Assembly (NCBI GenBank): GCA_008632985.1
Contig: QPGO01000076.1
Coordinates: 354,903-374,902, forward strand
From: Psammoneis japonica
Taxonomy: Eukaryota
DNA length: 20,000 bases
Direction of reading: 5' to 3'
Below, piece by piece: positions 12,305 through 20,000 of the stretch (the stretch's first letter is position 1; every line of letters begins with the position of its first letter). The notes under the pieces are model-generated. The model did no database searches. It saw only the letters and a program-made list of their open reading frames with translations, and was not told the origin of the DNA. A program made the translations under genes and the position numbers.

Positions 12305-13051
12305 CGTGTGAGTTCATGTTGGGAAATCCTCTCTCAGGTTTGTGGGGTGAGAAAAAAGTGGCGCAGAGCAGGAGACAGCAGCAAGAGCACACACACCACC
12401 ACCACCACAACAGGAGCACACTTCCAAAGTGTTGTGTGTGTGGGCAGTTGTGTCATCCAAGAAGTGCATCACAACCAACAAAATCTTTTTGGATGGTGGT
12501 GTGCACCACACCTTGCAGTGCTGCACAAAATGCCACCAAAAATTCTTGCCTTGTTGTTTGAAGTGCTCATCATCATTCCTTCATCTGACTCAGCCCACTC
12601 TCTGTGGTCAAAATCCTTTGACAACTTGAGGCCCTGCCCTTTTGGCTTGGTCAGTCTTGCAAGGGACAATTGTGCTGGTGGCCTCACAGAGTCACATGGA
12701 GCAAAAGATCATGGGGGGAGGGGGGGGCGGGCAGGCTGCTCCTGGTTGTGGGAAGCGTTGGTCGTGGGGGGGAAGGAGGGCTCATCAACGGCCACCACTG
12801 CTGCCGTGTGTGCTGCGGCATCCTGCAAAAAACACTTTCCTTCCAGTTTGTGATGCACTCTGGTCCCCCCCCCAACCCACTGACAGGGTGAATCCTTTGA
12901 CGACATCGTGGGTGACTTGCTCCTCATGTGCCACAGAGCTTCTGTGTGTGTGTGTGTTGGAACCTTCCAGCAGTGCAGCAAAAGGCAGCATCTGCAGTGG
13001 CCAAAAATCCCCCCCCCCCCCTCTTTTCCCTCTTCTCTTTCTTCTTGTCTT
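12305..13051. other. TpA-free, CpG-poor, CA/TG-rich non-coding flank immediately upstream of the 5' LTR
   Basis: No TA dinucleotide found from 12305 to 13389. Only about 9 CpG in this 750 bp. Runs of cacacac/gtgtgtg and G/C homopolymers. No credible ORF. Confidence 0.8.
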
Positions 13052-13249
13052 TGTCAGCCTGTCTGTCTGCATGTCACGTGATGGACAGACTGGATGTGGA
13101 TGATGGCTGGACCATTCAGACAGACGAGAGCAGATCTCTCTGAGATCTGCTTCTCACTTTCTCATCTGCTGGTGCTCGTGTCATCACAGTCCTGGCACTT
13201 CAGGGAGTCTTTCATGCCTCTGTCACCATTGACCTTCGGCATTCTGTCA
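13052..13249 (+). repeat. 5' LTR (about 198 bp, TG...CA)
   Basis: 13052-13097 matches 19955-20000 at 41 of 46 nt. The right end is inferred from ...CTGTCA followed by a PBS-like sequence, because the full 3' LTR is outside the window. Confidence 0.75.
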
Positions 13250-13261
13250 GGTCATGGCCGC
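13250..13261 (+). promoter_or_regulatory. Putative primer-binding site (degenerate)
   Basis: GGTCATGGCC directly after the inferred LTR end resembles the GGTTATGGGCCC half-tRNAi-Met PBS type of copia, allowing for a TA->CA change. The match is imperfect. Confidence 0.35.
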
Positions 13262-13427
13262 GTGCTGTGCCACAGACCTGTGCGCCAAGCTTTCTGTTTC
13301 GATTCATTTCTTTTGTGAGCCGATCGAGCGAGCCTCATCGTCTGATCTGACAACTTTTTGTCTCGCTTTCCCGGCATTTTTCATGACCGTAGAAACACAC
13401 CAGATTTCTGCGCGTGCATGACCAAAA

Positions 13428-15387
13428 ATGGCTCCACCAACTAAAACCATGGTGTCTTCCGACCCCACAAAGCCCACTCTTCCGTCCATTGCAGAGATCT
13501 GCTGTGAGTTCGAGGCACACACAACGATGCCACATCTACATGGCTGCCTGGGTGCGATTTGTGCGGACTCCACAACTGATCTCGACCCGTTCTTTGACGA
13601 TCCAGAGCGCGTGCAACCCAAGAAAGATTTTGCGGACATGCTTCGTGATCACTTCATCCACGAACGGAAAAGTTGCTCTTCAGAGCTCCCTCGTCCCTTG
13701 CAACCATGGATTCCGTCACTGTGTTGATGCATCCAATTGCATCATCCTCAACGATGGCACCCTTTTCATCATGAGCTTGACTCCTGACCAGAAAATGTTG
13801 TTCAGGGAACCTCCTGCATGTCACGACGACTCTCCCCCTGGGATGCGAGCATGGTGCCAAAATTTCCAACGTCATGCCTTTGATTCAGGATGCCACATGC
13901 ATCCATTGTGGTGTTTTGCTGAGGACCACGGTGGTGTGAAAGGTTTCGAGATCGGAAACGGCAAGGATGATGACTTGCCTCAATGCATGTGCGTCCACTG
14001 CAAGGAAGCTGAGAGCTCTCTCCACAAAATCTCATCCAAGTCGGGTGTGTTCCCCAAGAACAGCAAATGTCATCGGATTGTTGCATCATGCTGCGGCAAT
14101 GGACACAAGGCTCTCAAGCAGATTGTCTGTGAGAATCATCCTGCTTTCGACCACGATGCTGCTGGACTGGTTGACTCCCATCCTGTCCAAGGCAATCGAT
14201 CATTGACAGACTGCCACATGATCTTCAATGATTTCCCACAGCTGCATGCCTGCATTTTTGATGCGGACTCTACGTTGAACGATCCACGGGAGATGACTGT
14301 CTTTGTCAAGAACACCAAGCACTCCAAGTTCTCATCTCGTGCCACCAGAGATGAGACGCGTTCCAGCCCTAGGTGGGAGCTCGTAGCACTGACGTGTGAC
14401 AACAATAATTTTTATCATCCGTCGTATGTTTCGTACGTAGATTTCTACGTGTGATATTTAAAAAAAAATTGTCCAGACTCGCTGTTTTGCGAAGCCCCAG
14501 ACGTTTTATATAACAAATTTATAGAAACAATAATGCGCCAGTTACATTCTTCAATGTCTGAAGAATGTAACTGGCTAAGTAAAAAATGATGTACTTCAAT
14601 CATGTGCGAGTTTGTGCGTTCGCAAAATTGCCTCATTTTCTGTTGGCGATCATTGACATTTTAATTACCGTATAATTTTACTACGGAGCTCGCACGTAGA
14701 AGTCTGCGGGCCCAATGTCACACGGATTCCCACCTACGTCTGGAACGCGTCATGAACGGAAGTCTCCAGCTGTGCAGAAGAAGTGCACAGATGCACAGAT
14801 TGTCGAGACTCTCTCTGATTTCCTCTGCCAACCGGACAGTCCATCCTTTGCCACTCGTGCGACGCAATCCAATCCCCGCCGCACATGGAATCGAGCAGCT
14901 GAGGATGCGCGACGCACGGCTGTCAATGTCAGTGCTCTCCAGATCCCTGAGACATCTCTTCCTGAACCAGTCGATGACTCCACCACTGAAGACACTGGTG
15001 CGGAATCTCCACCTCTGGACACCTTTGATGCTTTTTGTGACGAATTGCATGAACTCGAGATCCCTTCTACGGACGAAGATCGACTTCTGCACCATGCATG
15101 TTTGGCTTCAGTTTGCAAACTGAAAGTTGCTCCGAATGAAGCCTCCAAGAAACCATGTCTTGTCTGCTCCGGAGAGCATTTGTTTGATGACTGTCCGGCC
15201 CTGAAGAACAACCCACACATCAAGGGATTTCACATCCATTTTTGTCAATTCTTAAAGAGGGAAGCAGCTGTGCGTGCTTCTGAGTTCCAAGGATCCAAGG
15301 TCTGCTCCCACCTCATCATGAAAACCTGAAAATCCGCCCAGATCTGGTGCTCCGCCCTCGGATTTTCAATCGGGCCGTCGCAGCTAG
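13428..15387 (+). pseudogene. gag: gag of the copia element, interrupted by a MITE and frameshifts
   Basis: ORF pieces 13428-, 13414- and 14715- are collinear. Removing the MITE plus one TSD restores an in-frame ..SRATRDERKSPAVQKK... Zinc knuckle CLVCSGEHLFDDC at about 15156-15194. A plausible end is ..SDFQSGRRS-TAG at 15387. Confidence 0.75.
14355..14751. mobile_element. Non-autonomous TIR DNA transposon (MITE), 397 bp, 24-bp TIRs, 4-bp ATGA target-site duplication
   Basis: Left TIR GACGCGTTCCAGCCCTAGGTGGGA (14355-14378) matches the reverse complement of 14728-14751 (GACGCGTTCCAGACGTAGGTGGGA) at 22 of 24. ATGA sits at 14351-14354 and 14752-14755. The interior is AT-rich and non-coding, and excision restores the gag frame. 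Confidence 0.92.
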
Positions 15388-15447
15388 TTTCGGATCTCCG
15401 ACACTGCCCGTTTTTCTCCTCACCGAGACAAGACTGATGTCAGCGGG

Positions 15448-18400
15448 ATGACCTTGAAAGAGGGACCAACCGTCTCGTCATCTGCCACTGAAGTGCCTCT
15501 TTCTTCACAGATTGACATGGATGCCACCCCTTCCACTGCCACGAAGGTGTCATTTGATGCCAGCAAGTTACCAGATGATGACCCTGCTCCCATGGAAGAC
15601 ACCGTCGATGCTGCTTGTGCTCCGGATCCTTTGGAACAGGGGAGGGAAGACCCAGAAACACCGGATTTTGAGGAACACATTGACCTCACCTGCAATGACA
15701 TGGCTGTTGAAGATGGTTTTGCTGCCATCAATTCTGTTCGTGTCACTCCGATCGATCCACACCAAGCGAGTCACTCTCCTGAGCCGGAACTGTTGCGCTC
15801 AACTTGTTCTGTCAATGGGGCAAATTTTGCTCCGAATGAGTGTTGTGCTCAGTTGGATGCTGGTGCTGATGTTGCATGTGCAGCGACCGTGACCTTCTCC
15901 ACCGACACCAAGAATTCACTCCGTCCCATCCCTGTCCCCTTGCTGTCAATCCGGCCCTTGGCCATCAAGCTGTCCCAGTTGGGTTCGGATGTCTTCGCAT
16001 CCCTGCAGAGAACTCTGATGGATGTGTTGAGGTTCGTGCCTGCTGCCACCCACAGATCCAATCTACGTTGGTTGATGAGCGACTCCTCCTTCGTCAAAAT
16101 GGCCCTCGTCGTGCAGACCACAATGTTGATTGTGTCCTCAAGTTCCATGATCTCGGCACCTGCAAGTTTGTTGCACGACACCGATTGCACAAGAATCAGG
16201 ACATCATCATTCATGGGAAATTGATCAATGGCAAATGCTTTGCTCACCCTCTCATCCTCCCAGAATCTAATGATGAATTGGGTGCATCTGTTGAGCGCCT
16301 CAAGACCAGTGACCCTTCCTTTGCTGATGAGTGTGAAGCAGTCTCTGTGCACATGATTGAAACATGTGACACCTGCCAACATGACGCTCTTCGTGCTGAA
16401 TGCAAGTTGATCCCCCGAGTGCATCAAGATGTTCCTTTTGAAGAGCATGCAGAGAAGAATGTCCCTGTCCAATCTCTCAAGGCTGACACGGAATGCCTTT
16501 CATGGCATCAGCGACTTGGTCATCCGAGTGATCACTGCCTTTGTCATGCCCATGAACACGGTGTCCCCAAGTTTGCCCACGGAACTTCTCCTCTCGACAC
16601 TTGTCCCACATGCACACAAGCAAAGCAGACAAAGGAACCTGCTGGTCCGAACACTGCTCTTGCTGCCACCCAACCCTGCCAAGGTCTTGCGGTTGATTTT
16701 TCTTTCTCTGGCCTGCGGTCCAAGAACTCGGAGCGCACCAAAGACTGTGTTGGATTGAATGGCGAGACTTGTTGGATCACCATCTACGATCATAAAACGA
16801 AGCATCTCCACCGTCCAAGGCAACCCCTCTGAATTGGCTTCGCCACTTTCTGGAAGAGCACTCACCAAAATGTCCAGACAAATGTGTGTTTGTGGATCAA
16901 GGAGGTGAATTGCATCAAAACCCAGAGGTTCGGTGACTTTTCGAGGATGACTTTCACCGCGCAATTTGTCCTGCGGGAAAAGATGCTTCAAACCAGAGGT
17001 GGCCCAGTGGAACGCAGTCATTTGACTGTTGCTGATGCCATCCGGGCGATGCTCATTGGTGCCAATTTGCCCACAAAATTCTGGCCCTGTGCTTTTCATC
17101 ATTTCACTCGAATCAACAACGCTGTGCCATCCCGCGGACAACCTGCTGCTCCGATTGCTCTTGCTGAGCTGGTCGAAAGGATGATTTCAAGAACTTTCGC
17201 ATGTTTGGTTGCCAAGTGTGGGTGCGTGCGTCGAATCACCGCCCAGCAAAATTTCGGTCTGTCTCTTGCAAGGGTGTTTTCTTGGGCCATCTTCCAGACA
17301 CCACCAAGAACATCCTTTGGTGTGACACCGAGACGTCGCGTGTCAAGCTTGCCAAGCACATTCATCATGATGAGGGCATGAATGATCTACCCCACGACTC
17401 TCTTCCCCTGAATGTGGTTCACTTGGAGCATGCTCAAGATGGCAAGGCTTCACCTGCCAAGACTGAAGAATCTACGATGGACGAGCTCCACTTTCATGGG
17501 AATCCTTTTGCCAAGACCATTGCGCATACGATGAAGGGGCCGTTTGCTGATCCGACATTTGGAATTTCATTGACTGCGGATGATCTCCATCAGCAAGTGT
17601 TTGTCTCTGATGTCAAGCATGGTTCTCCTGCTGCGCGTCTTTTCTGTTCTTTGAAGGCAACCTGCAACAAGATCAAGGGTGCGTGTGTCGCATTGATTGA
17701 TGATCACCCTGTCTTTGTGGCAGAGGAGGCCATCAAACGTTTTCGACAAGTCTGTGATTCTGGCAAGACTCACTTTGAAATCGAGTTTGCGCCGGAACGT
17801 CAACTGGACTCCCAGGCTCTACAACGTGCCCTGATGGAACACAATGTCTGTGCACCGACTCCTGACCCTGATGACGAACATGTCCCGGAAATTGCCAATG
17901 CTGACATGCATGCTGTTGCTGCCATCCGTCACCCTGATGTTGATTTTTCCGATGTGGACGATGATGACATCCCTCCGTTGATCCATGTCGACTGCGACAA
18001 TGGTGTGGTCAACATCTGCACCATTTCATCTCATGCCATTGCTCCGGAGGAACAAGCGTCAGGTGCTTTCACTCGCCATTGTCTCAAGAAGCTGGGCACC
18101 TGGCCCGAATGGCATGTGGGTGAATTCAAACAACTTGACCAATTCCATGAGTTGGGGATGTTTGGTGCACCGATTGAATGTCCAAAGGATGCCACAGTCC
18201 TTTGTCCACATTGGCAACATGATCTCAAGCATGATGGCACGCGACGATCTTGACAATGCTGCGATGGATCTCCTTGTGCTGCGTCAATCCTCCATTGTCT
18301 TCACTCAACCCACTCCTCTTGTGTGGAACAACCTGTCCAACGCATGTTTTTTGCCCTTGCTGCGACTGTGAGCTACCCTGTGTTTGGTGGTGATGCTCAT

Positions 18401-19780
18401 GATGCCTGTGCACACTCTCCACGACCGTCACACCCCGTCTGTGTTGCTGTTGACGAAGCATGCGCGACTTGGCACAAGGCTCGGTTTGGCATTGATTTGG
18501 ATGGGACCATGGTGCTTCCGATGCAACATGCACTTCAGGGACACCCAGAAGCCAGCGTGCTCTGGGAGATGCACATCAACGGCATTTTGTCGATGTGAAT
18601 CCACTTTTTCGCAACACCGCTCATGACAAATGCATCTGTTCTGCTGCTTTTGAGGGACACAAGATCTTGCTCCTCCATCAGGTTGATGACTTCTCCCTTG
18701 CGTGTCCTGAAGAGTCCCTTGCGATCAAGACACACGACAAGATTGGCAAAGCTCTTGAATTGGAATCGGAAACCTCCCTGCCTTTCAAGTGTCTTGGCGT
18801 GATTGAAGAGTTCAATGGTGTGGATGTTCATCAACATGATGACTCTGTTGGCATTGCTGTTCACAGCCATGTTGATCGGGTTTGCACCTCGCATGGATGG
18901 TCGACACCGACGGAAGAGGAACTCGACGATGACTGCAAGGCTGCGCCAATCCCGGTTGACTCTTTCGTGAACTGTGCACTGCTGTTGGTCCAGCTGAAGG
19001 AACCCCGGAACATGCAGAGTTACAACAAGCTGCTGGTTTTGGGTGCCGCACTCCACTTGGTGAATTGTTGTGTGCGCATGTTGTCTGTCGATTGGATGTT
19101 GGACATGCCATCACTGCTCTCTCCAAGTTCTCTGCCTGTCCTGCTTTGGTTCACTGTGATGCACTCAAGGGAGCATGCAAGTGCCTTCGACGCACCAAGC
19201 ATTGGGAACTGAACTGCAAGAAGCCCACCCGAGACTCAAGACTGCCCGCCTGCCCCTTCGAACGTCTCACTCCGGACCCGACCCTACCATCGTTCCCTTT
19301 CCCGGAACATGATCATCAACTTGTTGCCTTTTTGGATGCTGCATGTGGCAATGACCTCCGTAACCGTCGCTCTGTGACTGGCTGTGCTTGCATGTTAGCC
19401 GGTGCTGCACATCCTTTTGATGCAAGACCCAATCGGCGACTGCTGCGAGTTCTGCGGAAGCTGAATTCTGCGCTGCTGGCACCACTGCCAAGCATGTCCT
19501 TTACCTTCGTCACATCCCACATGAACCAGGCTTCTCTCAGACGGAGCCAACCCCATTGCACATTGACAACGAATCGGCAATCAAGATCGTCAATCATTTG
19601 ATCCCGACCGAGCGATCCCGTCACGTTGAGGTCCAGTTTTTTGCGATCCAAAAATGGAAGGAAGTGGGCAAATTGTCACAAGACATGTCCCTGGCATTGT
19701 CAACCCTGCAATGACCTTGCCAAGGCCCTTGGCTGGGTGCCACATGCCCGCCACGCTCGACGCATGATGGGACTGCTGTT
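15448..19780 (+). pseudogene. pol: pol (protease, GAG-pre-integrase, integrase, RT, RNase H), inactivated by transitions, stops and frameshifts
   Basis: Protease AQLDAGA (~15850); WHQRLGHPS..CPTC (~16500-16615); integrase VER..IRAML..KFWPCAF; FGCQVWV..GVFLGH; RT region SCVEQP, ALQGHPEA..WE, HQVDDF, FNGVDV, RLDVGHAI..LSKF; RNase H FLDAACGND..RRSVTG and NDLAKALGW. Boundaries are approximate. Confidence 0.9.
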
Positions 19781-19945
19781 GATGTTTTTTCCGCGGTGGC
19801 CTCCCTGCTGCACATTGCCCCCTTGTTTGATGGCGCATTGGGCATGGACACTTGTCGTGTCCTGTGTCTGGTCTCTCTGTTTCCTTACATCATCCCTGTT
19901 CTTTGGTTTGATCTGCCCATTCTCTATGTTGAGACATTGCAGATC

Positions 19946-19954
19946 AGGGGAGGG
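19946..19954 (+). promoter_or_regulatory. Polypurine tract
   Basis: AGGGGAGGG immediately precedes the TG of the 3' LTR. Confidence 0.85.
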
Positions 19955-20000
19955 TGTCAGCCTGTCTGTCTGCATGTCGTACGATGGACAGACTGGATGC
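19955..20000 (+). repeat. 3' LTR (first 46 bp; truncated by the window)
   Basis: TGTCAGCCTGTCTGTCTGCATGTC... is a direct repeat of 13052 onward. Confidence 0.9.

Larger units (their letters stand above)
13052..20000 (+). mobile_element. Ty1/copia LTR retrotransposon (diatom CoDi-like), degenerate and hypermutated; continues beyond the right edge
   Basis: Direct repeats at 13052 and 19955 start with TG, and a PPT precedes the second. Domain order is gag(CCHC)-protease-WHxRLGH-integrase-RT-RNase H, which is the copia order. Confidence 0.95.

Noticed and set aside
12713..13021. G/C homopolymer runs as functional G-quadruplex elements
   Set aside because: They lie in degenerate flank where homopolymer lengths are unreliable, and nothing independent supports a function.
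14370..14736. Tc1/mariner-type MITE with a TA TSD (TAGGTGGGA...TCCCACCTA)
   Set aside because: The inverted repeat extends 15 bp further out and is flanked by an ATGA duplication, which gives a better-supported boundary.
12150..20000. Dense overlapping Cys/His-rich ORFs in all six frames
   Set aside because: A by-product of TpA loss, which removes TAA/TAG stops and turns Tyr into Cys/His. Only the plus-strand gag/pol pieces carry recognisable motifs.
13052..20000. Alternative genetic code, or ADAR-type RNA editing, as the explanation for missing Tyr
   Set aside because: Neighbouring genes use Tyr normally. TA loss also occurs across codon boundaries and in non-coding DNA, goes in both directions on one strand and extends outside the LTR.
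13052..20000. Diversity-generating retroelement (adenine-specific mutagenesis near an RT)
   Set aside because: No TR/VR repeat pair, the RT is copia-type, and the changes are transitions on both strands over kilobases rather than A->N in a short region.

Overview
Eukaryotic genomic DNA, most likely from a diatom: short GT-AG introns, a bipartite plastid-targeting presequence and a CoDi-like Ty1/copia element. Left 12 kb: a frameshifted GH78 alpha-L-rhamnosidase-like gene (minus strand, runs off the left edge), a 2-exon GT2/GT92-like glycosyltransferase, a TAG/CTA-rich palindromic patch, a 4-exon Tic110-like gene, a small basic protein and a secreted beta-helix-repeat protein. Right 7 kb: a nearly complete Ty1/copia LTR retrotransposon (5' LTR 13052-~13249, gag, PR-IN-RT-RH, PPT, start of 3' LTR at 19955) with a 397-bp MITE (24-bp TIRs, ATGA TSD) nested in gag. 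The standout signal is that the retroelement and about 750 bp of upstream flank have lost almost all TpA dinucleotides (about 25 in 6.5 kb by manual count). Conserved motifs show TA->TG and TA->CA on the same strand (Tyr->Cys/His, protease DTG->DAG) on top of CpG decay. The nested MITE keeps normal TpA. This suggests a DNA-level, strand-symmetric A:T->G:C hypermutation of repeats, the opposite direction to fungal RIP. Counts are manual and family calls rest on motif recognition, not database searches.
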